Both the position numbers and the translations under genes were made by a program. Under the pieces are notes generated by a model. It saw nothing but the letters and a program-made list of their open reading frames with translations. It was not told the DNA's origin and ran no database searches. Source: an uncultured Acidobacteriota bacterium (GTDB lineage Bacteria > Acidobacteriota > Blastocatellia > RBC074). Taken from it: DNA of 64,000 bases. The stretch lies in NCBI GenBank assembly GCA_963796275.1, contig CAWCKY010000006.1, forward strand, positions 2,720,001 through 2,784,000, given 5' to 3'. Each line of letters opens with the position of its first letter. The first letter of the stretch is position 1. This document shows, in pieces, positions 1-14,147 of this stretch.

Positions 1-551
1 AACTGCGTACCCAGCTTAATAGATGAGTCGCCCTGCGGCGCTACGCGCTCTCTCTCCTGCTGGCGCTTTTTTGCGATAAGATCGGGAATGAATGATCTGG
101 TTGTCGTGAAATCCAGCGCTGCCACGGTCGTTACTGCGATGCTCAGGAGAGCGGTTATTTGCAGCGATCGGAGAGACCGCTTGATCTTATCGGTCTTGAT
201 TCTATTTCGTTCCATTTTGTCCCATGGTCCCGGCACTTTTCCGCCGAGACGATATTATTGTAGCCCCCACAAGACTCAACCGGTAGCGATTCGAATCTGT
301 GATGTTGTGTAGGCAATAGGGCATCTGCTGACCCCCTTGCTCGCAGGACCACGTGCTACCTCCCGCTACCGGTCAGGATTCAAGCCGGAGCGTCTTTGGT
401 CGGTGCGGTTGCCGGCGTTCTCAGAACAATTTCGAAATGGATTCACTCAATGCAATACATGTGATTCCGCGCTGATTATGTATGAAGATAGTCAGATGGA
501 GTCGCGAATCGTTTCAGATTGACATATGACGGAAGTCGGCCGAAACAATTT

Positions 552-1247
552 TTATGCCCCCGGATCGAAGCGGTAACCAGTCCAGGGTTCGGTGAGAACA
601 TAGCGAGGATGGGCAGGATCAGGTTCGATCTTCTTGCGTAAGTGGCCGACAAAGACGCGCAGATATTCGTTCTGCTCGACATAGTCGCCTCCCCAGATAG
701 CGCCGAGCAGTACCCTATGACTCAGCACTTTATTTGGGTGGCGAATAAGATAGAGCAACAATTCGTATTCTTTGGGTGTCAGGTGGACCTCTTGCCCCTG
801 CACGGTCACGTTACGGGTCTGGATATCTACGCGAAAGTCTCCCACTTCAATCGACCGCTCTTCGGGGCCGGCCAACTGAGGTCGCCGAAGGACCACCCGC
901 ACACGCGCCAGCAGTTCATCCATGCCGAAAGGTTTGGTCACATAGTCGTCAGCCCCGGCGTCCAGGGCCTCAACCTTGATTCGTTCTTCGCCCTTAGCCG
1001 AGAGTACGATAATCGGGACTGAAGAGATGGCTCTCAATCGCCGGCAGAGTTCAAGCCCGCTCATATTCTGCATAACGAGGTCGGTCACGACGACATCGGG
1101 TTTCCAGACGTCGAAAGCAGAAAGCGCTTCTTCGCCCTCAAATGCCACCTGCACGTCATAACCGTGGCTCGATAGGCCGCGCCGCAGTACGCGTGTGATC
1201 TGAGGCTCGTCATCGACCACGAGAATCCGTCGCCCTTCATTCGTCAT
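552..1247 (-). CDS. kdpE: KdpE-like OmpR-family response regulator
   Basis: REC domain ([19 protein letters not shown]) plus winged helix ([26 protein letters not shown]); likely ATG at 1247 with GGAGG, overlapping the kinase stop. Confidence 0.9.
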   Translation of the reverse strand: MTNEGRRILVVDDEPQITRVLRRGLSSHGYDVQVAFEGEEALSAFDVWKPDVVVTDLVMQNMSGLELCRRLRAISSVPIIVLSAKGEERIKVEALDAGADDYVTKPFGMDELLARVRVVLRRPQLAGPEERSIEVGDFRVDIQTRNVTVQGQEVHLTPKEYELLLYLIRHPNKVLSHRVLLGAIWGGDYVEQNEYLRVFVGHLRKKIEPDPAHPRYVLTEPWTGYRFDPGA

Positions 1248-2523
1248 GTTCCCTCCAGGTATTGAATCCATAAGTGATATCTTCTGCTTGCGAATCGATC
1301 CCGCCTACCGCATTCTCCACTGTAGCGGGGTGCTCTTCGTCTCCGATCGGCAAGGTGAAGACCACGCGTACGCCATACCCTCGTGAGCCATCTTCTATCC
1401 AAATGTTTCCGCCGTGGGCATCAACGATGCCACGGGCGATGGCCAGCCCCATTCCGATTCCAGATGGGCGGTTTAGCGCAGCTGCATAATCGGGCGTGGC
1501 GCGGAAGAACTTATCGAAGACGCGCTTCCGCAGATGCTGCGGGATCCCCCACCCCTCGTCTTCGACGGCGATCTGAACCATCTCGTCAGACGCCCGGCTC
1601 GCGTTGATTCTGATGCGTGTACCGGGAGGCGCATATTTGGTCGCATTGTCGATCAGCAGGTAGACGACTTCGGTCACCGCGCGCGCATCGATCTGCACCA
1701 GCGGCAAATCGTTTTCTACCTCAACCACTACTCGATGCTGCTGTACGAGCGGTTCAGCGCGGTCGAGGGCCATTGAGATGATCTCATCGACGGCCCCCCA
1801 CCTTCGTCGCAAATGAAGGTCTCCGGCTTCGATCCGCGCCAGCTCAACCATGCCTTCGATGAAGCGGTTGAGCCGATCAGCTTCTTCGTCTATCACTTCT
1901 AACATCTCCTGCCGCCCTTCTTCGTCGAGTTTGACGGGAGGTTCTCCGTCCCACTTTGCGCGCCGCTCTTTGAGAAGAGTCGTGACCGATGCCTTGATCG
2001 AAGTGAGCGGCGTGCGCAGGTCGTGTGTGACTGCGTCGAGCAGCGCCGACTTCAACTGTTCGCTTCGCCGCAACGCCTCGGCATGACTCGCTCGCTCGAA
2101 TGCCGCTTGCAGTTCGTGATAGAGCCGTTCGATCTGCTGGCGCCCGCCCTCGGCCTCCTCTGCGCGGCGTTTAGCCCGCGCTGAAAGTTGCCCGACGGTG
2201 ACCGCAGTTACGAGGAATGCGAAGAGCGCAACCCAGTTCTGCGAATCGGCGATCGTTAAGGTATAGAGAGGGGGGAGGAAAAAGTAGTTGAAGCACAGCA
2301 TCCCAAGCAACGAGGCGAGATAGGCTGGCCGACTGCCCCAGCCGGTCGCGATGAAGAGCACTGCCAGTAGTAATGAGAAGGCCACCGTCGTCGAGTTGAT
2401 TTGCTCTTGAAACGGCGCAAAACAGGCCGTGACGCCTGCAACACTCAACGCAGCGAAAAAGTATCCGGCTGCTCTATTCTGAAAGATAATGGTTGACATG
2501 CTCTCTTCAAGCCATCTGACCAT
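1237..2523 (-). CDS. kdpD: Short KdpD-like sensor histidine kinase (4-TM DUF4118-type + HisKA + HATPase; no KdpD/Usp N-terminal domains)
   Basis: [12 protein letters not shown] membrane motif, H-box [27 protein letters not shown]; coupled to kdpE; start may be 2499. Confidence 0.85.
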   Translation of the reverse strand: MVRWLEESMSTIIFQNRAAGYFFAALSVAGVTACFAPFQEQINSTTVAFSLLLAVLFIATGWGSRPAYLASLLGMLCFNYFFLPPLYTLTIADSQNWVALFAFLVTAVTVGQLSARAKRRAEEAEGGRQQIERLYHELQAAFERASHAEALRRSEQLKSALLDAVTHDLRTPLTSIKASVTTLLKERRAKWDGEPPVKLDEEGRQEMLEVIDEEADRLNRFIEGMVELARIEAGDLHLRRRWGAVDEIISMALDRAEPLVQQHRVVVEVENDLPLVQIDARAVTEVVYLLIDNATKYAPPGTRIRINASRASDEMVQIAVEDEGWGIPQHLRKRVFDKFFRATPDYAAALNRPSGIGMGLAIARGIVDAHGGNIWIEDGSRGYGVRVVFTLPIGDEEHPATVENAVGGIDSQAEDITYGFNTWREHDE

Positions 2524-2657
2524 CTACCGCTATCATGCTTCTGAATGACCCTTCAATTCGGAGCACTGTCATCGTGGCAGTTATCCTCTGCAGACCCATG
2601 ACAGTGAGCAACCGTCGATAATGAATTCAGCGACTGTTTTAGACTAACCACAAAGCC

Positions 2658-2695
2658 ATAAAAATAGCGTAAAAGATCTATAAATAATTCGTAAG
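2658..2695 (-). promoter_or_regulatory. Four 11-bp-spaced (C/T)TTAY direct repeats, putative KdpE binding boxes
   Basis: + strand ATAAA/GTAAA/ATAAA/GTAAG start at 2658, 2669, 2680, 2691; resembles E. coli KdpE site TTTATA-N5-TTTACA. Confidence 0.65.
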
Positions 2696-2917
2696 GGCGG
2701 AGTACGTGATGTTGAAGCGATATTTCTTTGAGATCGAGTAGGTTCCTCCCTACTTCGAAGCGCGGGGGAACGACGCCTAGCACTATCGTGGTAGGCTCGT
2801 GCATATGGCGATGCCCGTGAGGTCCATGGCGCCGCAGCATCACCTGTTTCCAGCCAAATTGACCGGCCTTTTCGACATGAGCCTCTGTTCTAGAGCCGGT
2901 TGGAGCGAATGGAAATA

Positions 2918-2950
2918 ACCCGAGCGATGCCGATAAGCTATCGCTCGGGT
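2918..2950. repeat. 11-bp perfect inverted repeat (hairpin)
   Basis: ACCCGAGCGAT-N11-ATCGCTCGGGT. Confidence 0.5.
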
Positions 2951-3297
2951 CCCCTTATCGGAGTTTTGTAGCTGATTATCGCAACATATACGATTTGACG
3001 AAAACTTTCATTATCCTACGACGAATTGACAGCGCAGATATACGATTCAATACGGTTTCTATGTAAATTTCTCGGGAACGTGGCTCCGATTTGTGAGCAG
3101 GACTGCTCTATACTGAGAGTGCTATCAGTTTCGGTTAAACATCACGCCTTGCCGACCTCGGTTACAGTAAGGGCGGCGCGCGTCGCGATGCAGCGTGCGA
3201 TCCGCCATGGAAAAAAGTGCTTAAGGTTGTCAGCATTTCGGCCGTGTTCCGCCACGACGGCTGGGTCAAGGAAGCGCTCGATATGTTCCCGACTCAG

Positions 3298-4755
3298 TTA
3301 GTCGGAGGGGAGGATCGTGACCAAGCCGCCCTCGATCAATCTCGAGCGGGTCTGCCAATAGAAGAACGCGTTGTGGTTGTTGTTCGGGTCGTGGATCTGG
3401 GTCCATTGGTACGCGCCACCGCAGCCGGCGCCGACGAAGACGTTCCACCCCTGCTGGATGGCGTGGTCGTCACCGTCGAAGTACCCGGGGTGCTTGCAGA
3501 CGCCGACGACCTGGATCTGCGGGTTGACCGCTGTTTCTCCGTCCGGGCACGCAGCGTTGATGCTGTATAGCGGAGTCGAGCCCCGATAGGGGACAGGTGA
3601 CGCGGTTGCTTGCGTACCCTGCATGTCGACGCGATATGCGTTTGCAAAGAGCATCTCGATCAGCCTGGCTTTCGCGTTGGTGATCGCCGCCGCGTGGTTC
3701 GGGTCGCTCGCGCTGGTGATCGCTCCGTGGCAGTAGGAACCGTAGTTTCTACCGTAGGCAACGGTGTAAGTTTGCCCCCGCGTAGGCGTCATATTCAGGC
3801 CTTGAATAAGGGGGCTCGCCTGGGCGGCGTATGGTAGGGCGCCGTCGCTTTCGCCAGTCCAGAGCGCGGGTGAGCAGCTGCTATAGGAGATGAGCCCGAG
3901 GGCACGTTTGTACTGCGCAACCCAGTCGGCTGCAGCCACGCCGCTGATATTTCCAGCGTACTCGCACCAACCGTTGCCTGGCGCGGAGGCGTTGCCGAAG
4001 AAGGCGATCGCGTCGCCGTTCTTACACGTGGTGACGAAATCGGACGAACCTACGACGTTGTACTTACTCGGCTGGAGCCCGTCGATCATGCCCTGGATCG
4101 AGACAACTGCGGCTATCTTGTTCTGTACGCCCCAGTCATATGTCCCGACGCCAGCCGGCCCCGTGTTGGAGGCGACCTCGAAGGCCACCCGTGCGCCGGT
4201 GCTGTGGCCGATCAGGATGATGTTCTTGGCGGTGGATGGGAAGAGCCGGTTGATCTCTTGGGCCAGGCGATAGCGCCACTCGTATGCGGTAGTACAGGGA
4301 TCACCCTGCTTGGTTGTGGCGCAGCCGGGGTCGCCGACCTCCCAGTCGTCCATGTGCGTTGGGCCGAGCGAGTCTGTCGGGTGGTAGGGCGAGGCCGGCG
4401 TCGTATAGAGATTGGCCGTAGCGCTCGCGACGTTGATCGTGACGCCCGGATGCGCCGCCTGGTAGTTCGAAATCCAGGTCGGGATGTCGGCTTCGATTGA
4501 GTTCTTCAAATCTGCCAGGGAGTTGGCCGCAATGATGCGGGACGCGCCGTCATTCTTTACGCCGTGAACGTACAAGAAGTTGAGCTGGATGACGCCGGTC
4601 GTTACCGAATTCGAGGACGCGCCGATCGACGGCTGTCCCTCTTTGTTGGCCGCCACGCTCATAGTACTCGCCAGCAATGCGACTGTCCCCAAGAGAGCAA
4701 ACGCTCTACTTCTACGCATATCTCTCCTCCGTTCTTTCCCCAAGATATCCATCAA
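3298..4755 (-). CDS. Secreted alpha/beta-hydrolase-fold protein with Cys-rich C-terminal region
   Basis: Signal peptide, YVHG, GHSTG nucleophile elbow, ESDG and CHG candidate Asp/His. Confidence 0.7.
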   Translation of the reverse strand: MMDILGKERRRDMRRSRAFALLGTVALLASTMSVAANKEGQPSIGASSNSVTTGVIQLNFLYVHGVKNDGASRIIAANSLADLKNSIEADIPTWISNYQAAHPGVTINVASATANLYTTPASPYHPTDSLGPTHMDDWEVGDPGCATTKQGDPCTTAYEWRYRLAQEINRLFPSTAKNIILIGHSTGARVAFEVASNTGPAGVGTYDWGVQNKIAAVVSIQGMIDGLQPSKYNVVGSSDFVTTCKNGDAIAFFGNASAPGNGWCEYAGNISGVAAADWVAQYKRALGLISYSSCSPALWTGESDGALPYAAQASPLIQGLNMTPTRGQTYTVAYGRNYGSYCHGAITSASDPNHAAAITNAKARLIEMLFANAYRVDMQGTQATASPVPYRGSTPLYSINAACPDGETAVNPQIQVVGVCKHPGYFDGDDHAIQQGWNVFVGAGCGGAYQWTQIHDPNNNHNAFFYWQTRSRLIEGGLVTILPSD

Positions 4756-4994
4756 TATTCTTTGCTGTCTTTATAATGCGAACCAAGGATAAGGCTGCAA
4801 TCCTAACAGACGTTGTAGAGTCGGGTGATGAAACTACAAAAGAACTTCATATAGAAGAAGATTCACTGCTATGTCCAGGAGCATTGGGGGGCGTGTTTTC
4901 CACAACTGCCGAGCTATCAAACCGTGAACATGCTCGGTTTTAAGGTCACGTTTCGGCTCTTTTAGTCATTTACTGAATTCACCGCGGTCAAATA

Positions 4995-6359
4995 TCAAGG
5001 CAGCCTATCCGATCCCCCGATGCAGTAGAGATGTTTATCACCCCGAATAAATATCCTGCCCCTGGAGATCGCGGGCGACGCGAGAATTACCTCGTCTAGA
5101 GAGTTAGTTCGGATCACTTCGTGAGTCGGCCCGGCTTTGATGACGAAAGTATCGCCGTCTTCACTGGTCAGAAGAAGCTTTCCGTCGAAGGCTACGGCGG
5201 ATGCGGTAAAACTGGCCGGCACGGGAACTCTTCCGCCTTCATATTTGATCTGGCCGGTCCTGGCTTCGATACAGGTCAGAATGCCCTTGTCGCTAACCAA
5301 GTAAGCGAAATCGCCGTACAGAATCGGCGACGTGACGTAAGCCGTGCCCTTGTCATAACTCCAAACCACGTTTGAAGTGCCTGTCAGATTGCCGGAACCA
5401 CCAAGCTTGATTCCAATTACGCGTTTGCTCGGATAGCCTGCCGAAACGAAGACCATGTCGTGTCCGGCCACGGCGCTCGGTATCGCATGTCCTTTGACTC
5501 CATCGCAACGCCATAATTCTTTGCCGGTGGCGGGATCGTATGAAACGACCGTCTCAGCCCCGCTGGCGATCAACTCATACCGGTCGCGGGCGCGGACGAT
5601 GAGTGGAGTCGCATGCGTCTTCCGATGATCGCGCTTCACCCGCCAAACCTCCTTGCCCGTCCGCTTATCCACGGCGGAGATGAAGGAAAGGTCCGGTCCG
5701 CCGTCTTCCAGGTCACATTGCAAAAAAAGCAGATTTTCGTGAAGCGCCGGCGACGTGCCTGGCCCCATTCCCATCTTGGCGATTTTGCCTACGCTGGTCT
5801 TCCAGATCAGCTTGCCGTCGAAGTCGTAACAATAAAGCCCTTCGGCCTCGAAGAAGGCGTAAACGAATTTGCCGTCGGTGATAGGCGTGCTCGAAGCATA
5901 ACTGTTCTTGCGGTGGCGGTCGTCGAGAACCGTCCCTTCGAAGGCGACGCGCTCCCATAATATTTTCCCCGAATCGCGATCTAGACAAAGCACCTTGAGC
6001 GTATGTTTCCTGTCGCCCGCAACGCTGTCCGGGTGCACCCACGTCTCGCCTTTTCTGACGTGATGGACCGCTTTTGCACCGGGAACGATTTCGCCTTCGG
6101 TGGACGTGGTCAGGAATATCCTGTTGTTCCAAACGATCGGCGACGAATGACCGCGACCGGGAATCGCAGTCTTCCATATAATGTTCTTGTCGGGGCCCCA
6201 CTCGGCGGGCATGTTCTTTTCTTCGGAGACGCCGCTACTTTGCTGGCCGCGCCATTGTGGCCAGTTCGAGCCGCCATCACGTGACTGAGCCAGAGCGTTG
6301 TCAGCCCCGGCAATAATGATTGCCAATAGCGCTGCGAAGGTGAAATGTGGTCTCATCAT
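4995..6359 (-). CDS. PQQ-like beta-propeller (BamB-like) secreted protein
   Basis: NWPQWRG, GHSSPIV, repeated D..TGK..W blades; start moved to MMRPHF signal peptide. Confidence 0.85.
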   Translation of the reverse strand: MMRPHFTFAALLAIIIAGADNALAQSRDGGSNWPQWRGQQSSGVSEEKNMPAEWGPDKNIIWKTAIPGRGHSSPIVWNNRIFLTTSTEGEIVPGAKAVHHVRKGETWVHPDSVAGDRKHTLKVLCLDRDSGKILWERVAFEGTVLDDRHRKNSYASSTPITDGKFVYAFFEAEGLYCYDFDGKLIWKTSVGKIAKMGMGPGTSPALHENLLFLQCDLEDGGPDLSFISAVDKRTGKEVWRVKRDHRKTHATPLIVRARDRYELIASGAETVVSYDPATGKELWRCDGVKGHAIPSAVAGHDMVFVSAGYPSKRVIGIKLGGSGNLTGTSNVVWSYDKGTAYVTSPILYGDFAYLVSDKGILTCIEARTGQIKYEGGRVPVPASFTASAVAFDGKLLLTSEDGDTFVIKAGPTHEVIRTNSLDEVILASPAISRGRIFIRGDKHLYCIGGSDRLP

Positions 6360-7157
6360 ATTCTTCACGTTTGTTTTAGGGCCCAAGAAAGTGAATTGTG
6401 ATCTACAGTATCTCAGACGCCCGAACAACATTGGCGGTTTCGCTTAAAGTTTAAATCCGACCAAACCGCCCCACGAGGCGACAACGGGACGATCACCATA
6501 CACGCGGCGCTGGCTTCATTGCCAACAACGCCCGAGGAGTATTATGGACGCATGGCATGCCGATGGACGGATTGACCGATGAAGAGAAGATGTGGCTGAT
6601 GCCGAAGATTCGATGGCTCGCAAAGGATAGTTTTCACCCTTCAATAGTATTTACAACCTTGCCTCCAACTCCTTTACGGAGAATCAAGAATTTCTGCTAA
6701 GCCTGATTCCCACGGAAACGTCGGCTGGAGTCATGTTTCAACTCCTCGACCTTACTGAACTAAACGAATCGGCCAAAAATCCAAACGATCGCGACAGCCC
6801 AAAAACTCGTTCGCCGCAGGGCGGTGCAAATATTTTGAACCGGATTATTAAGCCAGGGACACTTCGTAAAGTGTTCAGGTTGCAACGCGACAGTGCATTT
6901 GCTTTCCCAGACTTATTTACCTTTTGAAAGTAGGACTGTTTTCTTAAGACATTTCAATTAAGTCATTGTACTTTTAGCAATATCGACACCGCCTTCCCTG
7001 AGAACATTTGCCACGTGGTCACCGTATTATGGCGGGGGGCGTATCCCTTTATCTAAATTCCGTATCGTTGCAGTACCAGGACACCCGGCTATCTCAGCCG
7101 GCCGGCGGGCGGCCTGACGGCACCTGCAATCAATAATTCGTTGGACATCAGTCTTTC

Positions 7158-10391
<3,234 letters not shown>

Positions 10392-10403
10392 CGAGTGTTG
10401 GGA

Positions 10404-10447
10404 TCGTCGTGCGAGCCGGCGCTTTAACAATGCCGCTCGCATGACGA
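10404..10447 (+). terminator. Hairpin just after S8 stop
   Basis: TCGTCGTGCGAG...CTCGCATGACGA; no U-tract. Confidence 0.35.
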
Positions 10448-11671
10448 CCGCGCGGCCCTGATGCCTCCGGCCGCGTCAAGGTCGATGCGCCTTCGTCGAT
10501 GCACGCGGTTCCGGACTCTTTGAAATGAGACCAACGATCTCCAACCCACCAAAAAGCTCGTTCTCTGATCTTTCCGAGGACCTGTCCAATTGCGCGAGCG
10601 TCGAAATCTGCAGTCAAAAGTTCGGGCAGGTTCTGGATATAATCACGCAATTTCTTGATCTAACCTGATCGACGGCAATACCAACTGCTATCCTGCCCAG
10701 AAACAGGGCAAAGACTGCTGCACCTCCCGCTTCAGCCAACACTCTGGCACCTACTATGGCCGACCGAGAATCGTCAAACCTGTGCTCAGCAACTCCTCGT
10801 TATCCGCTATCCGGCTCCTCCCAATTCCACAATCACTAATACGCCTGCGTGGCTCTTCACCGAATCTGAGTTCGCCACGGTTTAAACCCAATAACAGTGA
10901 AAGATATGACGATGTTCAGCAAACGATGCGGCGATTTACACATAATTACGATATGTGCATACTAAACTATCCGTTTCGCAATCCTATTCGTTCGCGCTTT
11001 TTGCTGATAACAACGATGACTACGATTGCTTACGTGCAAGGAGAAACAATTATGGGAATCCGAATCGACTGTGCGATCTGGGAGGCTGAGAGCGAAAGTC
11101 TCGAATTGATCGATCTGACTATTGGCATCTCACCAGGGGACAGCGGATTGTGCAATGCGCATGACAGACTCTCTATCGCTGCACATCCGTGTGGGGAGAC
11201 GAATCATTGCTGCAGAATTTTCTCCATCGTTTTTCCTTTTGCGAGCTCATCAATCAGCTTGTCTAAATAGCGAATTTATTGCATCAGCGGATCTTCGATT
11301 TCTTCTACGCGCACACCGCACACTACGCCCTTGATAAGCGCACTTTCGTATGAATTCCTGGTGCTTGAGCAAAAAAGGTTTCAATATCGTTTTCCTGTTC
11401 GATCTGCTGCTGTAATCCCGTTTGGTCGTAGCCAGCAAATGATTTGATCATGAATTCTACCGCGTTGTGAGTATCTAGTATTGGACACCGATGTTTGTTT
11501 TTACCGTCATGCTGCCGGTCGTCACTACAGATTATACAGAATGCATTCTATTCCGAGATATAAGCACAACCTCCGTTCGGCTGTGGGTCGTCCCCATAAG
11601 TGGATAAGGGCGTGATCCCCTTTCTCGCAATTAATCCTTTCACGATACGGGCGCACGTCAGTATACGAGAC

Positions 11672-12859
11672 TTAATCGTTGTCTATTAACCCATTGTCGA
11701 TGCAGGCAGCCTTGTATTCCTGCCAATCGTCAGATCGCTGCAACCGGTAGCGCGCGCCCGCATACTGAGCTGAGCGGTGCGCAGCCTCGGCAAAGACCTG
11801 CGCATCTAATATCTCGTTTTGCGTCACAGCGAAGGGGGCGCCGCTTTCGATGTCCTCACGGAACTGTTGGTGGGCGCGACGATAAGCAATATCAAACCGA
11901 GGAAGAAACTCCGGGTATTTCCCCTTCAGATATGTCATCTCAAAGGTTTTGGACTCGGGGTGCAATTTGCCATCAGGTTGCCAAACCTCAACGTGGATGG
12001 GGCCTGGATACCCGGCAAAACGACCCGTATGGATAGTGCCTTTGGTGCCAATAATGTAGGTTTCATTGTTATAGCCAGAGGAATGTGTCCGACTGAGGTC
12101 AAGACGCCCTAACACACCCGACTGTGTCGTGAAAGTAACGAATGCCGTGTCGCCACCTTCGTCAATCGGGCTGGTGTATGACCGAGTGTGATGCACGCTC
12201 GCCCAAACCACGTTAGGGAATTCGTTCATGAGGAAGATTGCTTCGTCAGCGACATGAATCCCCATGTCAATAATCAATCCTCTGCTGCTGTAGGTTGGCG
12301 GTGGAGGAAATTGGTCGCGGATTATGCAGCGGATTTCACGCAGTTCGCCAACCATACCAGATTGGATTAGTTTCCGGGTGTAGAGCAATGCCGGGTCATA
12401 TCGTCGCTGCAAACCAATTTGAATTTGATGTGGATCGCGTCCAATTGCCGCTACAAACTCGAAGGCCTCCTGCAACCCATCCGTCAAGGGCTTTTCCAGA
12501 TATATCGGTATCTTCGCTTCGACAAACGGCAGGGCGTCTTTGGCGTGATTCTTTGTGTTTGATGCAATGATGATGGCATCTATGGCGCCGTTCATCTCAT
12601 GAGCCATATGGGCTGGATCATGAAACGTTTTCACTACACCAACATTAAGTTCATCCTGAGCGGCTACCACCGCAGCTTGTACATCGTCGCCGATTGCTAC
12701 AATTTGATGTCCTTGGTCCTGAACGATGAACGCATGCGACTTGCCAATGCGCCCGATGCCATACACACCGTATCTGAATGTCTTGCCCACAATAACTCTC
12801 CTGCTGCTTGCTATTTTGGAGGCCCCGTGTTGTTTTTGAGGATGAATGTTTCGGGTCAT
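11672..12859 (-). CDS. Gfo/Idh/MocA oxidoreductase (inositol dehydrogenase-like)
   Basis: GIGRIG, LEKP, GLQRRYDP, DMGIH. Confidence 0.88.
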   Translation of the reverse strand: MTRNIHPQKQHGASKIASSRRVIVGKTFRYGVYGIGRIGKSHAFIVQDQGHQIVAIGDDVQAAVVAAQDELNVGVVKTFHDPAHMAHEMNGAIDAIIIASNTKNHAKDALPFVEAKIPIYLEKPLTDGLQEAFEFVAAIGRDPHQIQIGLQRRYDPALLYTRKLIQSGMVGELREIRCIIRDQFPPPPTYSSRGLIIDMGIHVADEAIFLMNEFPNVVWASVHHTRSYTSPIDEGGDTAFVTFTTQSGVLGRLDLSRTHSSGYNNETYIIGTKGTIHTGRFAGYPGPIHVEVWQPDGKLHPESKTFEMTYLKGKYPEFLPRFDIAYRRAHQQFREDIESGAPFAVTQNEILDAQVFAEAAHRSAQYAGARYRLQRSDDWQEYKAACIDNGLIDND

Positions 12860-13203
12860 CGTTAACGCCGAATCCGGCGCGACCCGGATTTAGTATTCAC
12901 GATCACCGTAATTTGCAATTTGATAAGAGCGAGGTCACGCCAGGTCCGGTTGCTGCAAGCACACAGAGTCTTTGCTGCTAGCAACGTCGGGGCCAGGCGT
13001 TTCTTCAAGTCAGCCGCTCCCTTCTCATTTGGAATTTCGGAGACGAACATAGAGCGTGGAGCAATAGTAATCAAACCCGAGATCGCGCGCGAGCAATCGG
13101 GGACGGGATGTCGTCGCGTCAAACAAGCTCACCAAAGGCTTACTGACACGCTGACAAAGTTAGCCGCCACTTTATTCGGCTGCTGGTTCTTAACAAAACA
13201 GCT

Positions 13204-13911
13204 TCAATCCTTCTTTCGGGCGCGAACGCAGAGAAACCACGGATTTCTGGTGAGGCGCTCGTATCCCTCTGAATCCACCCGCCGAAATTCCTCGGTAGGC
13301 TGGGGTTCCAATAACCGTTCGATGAAGAAGCCCGCTGAGTCCAGGTCTTGACTGATGGCTGCCAGTGGGCGGCGATAGAAACTCACCTTCCCGATCTCCC
13401 ATTCATCCTCCAATAACTCCAGGGCGAAGTAATCCTCCTTGTTGAAAAGCTTCCAATCCATGAAGGGATGGTGAGTGGAGAAGACCAGCGTTCCGCGCGG
13501 TTTCAAAATGCGGTGGAATTCACGCAATACCGGCTGCCAATCTCTGAGGTAATGCAATACAAGTGCGCTGAGCGCTACGTCGAACTCCGCATCCCCTGCA
13601 AAGTCCAACGGATACGCCAGGTCGGCTTGCAGCACGCGCGCTTTCTCGCCCACGCGCGACCGGGTAAGGGCCACAAATTCCGAATTGAGGTCGAAGGAGG
13701 TGACCGTCGCCCCCCGATTGAGCAGGTATTCGGCATACCAGCCAGAGCCACAGCCAGCATCCAAAACTTTGACGTTTGTCAAATGTGGGAGCAGAGATAT
13801 GACGGCTGGGCGTTCGTAGTAGGCGTTCCACGGTTTGGTGTCGACTGTTTCGGCATACTTGCTGGCTATGCCGTCGTAGCTTGCTCCTGTGTGTTGGGTC
13901 ATAGGTTCCAT
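13204..13911 (-). CDS. Class I SAM-dependent methyltransferase
   Basis: VLDAGCGSG, LVLHYL, ILKPRG. Confidence 0.9.
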   Translation of the reverse strand: MEPMTQHTGASYDGIASKYAETVDTKPWNAYYERPAVISLLPHLTNVKVLDAGCGSGWYAEYLLNRGATVTSFDLNSEFVALTRSRVGEKARVLQADLAYPLDFAGDAEFDVALSALVLHYLRDWQPVLREFHRILKPRGTLVFSTHHPFMDWKLFNKEDYFALELLEDEWEIGKVSFYRRPLAAISQDLDSAGFFIERLLEPQPTEEFRRVDSEGYERLTRNPWFLCVRARKKD

Positions 13912-14074
13912 CTCGATTCCTTGTCATCTCTCAGAGCGGAGAGCAGCGACGTTCCCTTGCTGCTGCTCCACGAATGCAGACTTCTTTCTCAATCCTCTCA
14001 TCAGAACCCTTCGCTTCACGGCCCGCGCTACTGCGGAGAATATCATATTATTTTGGGGTTATTTGCTGACTGGG

Positions 14075-14124
14075 CAGCGGCTCAGACCGCCACCAGCCGC
14101 TGTCGGCTGCAATCCTTGCTAGAA
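14075..14124 (-). mobile_element. Degenerate, truncated attC-like site after the tannase gene
   Basis: Minus strand TTCTAGC-AAGGA-TTGCAGCCGACAGCGGCT...AGCCGCTG, about 23 nt after the stop; L'/R' end missing. Confidence 0.55.
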
Positions 14125-14147
14125 CCGGGCTCGTTGGAAAGAGACGT

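Noticed and set aside
10450-11670. ORFs 10153-10650, 10782-11270, 11250-11438
   Set aside because: No recognisable motifs or SD; probably eroded sequence
13159-13165. GGCTAAC after the methyltransferase as attC start
   Set aside because: No L boxes or matching GTTRRRY follow
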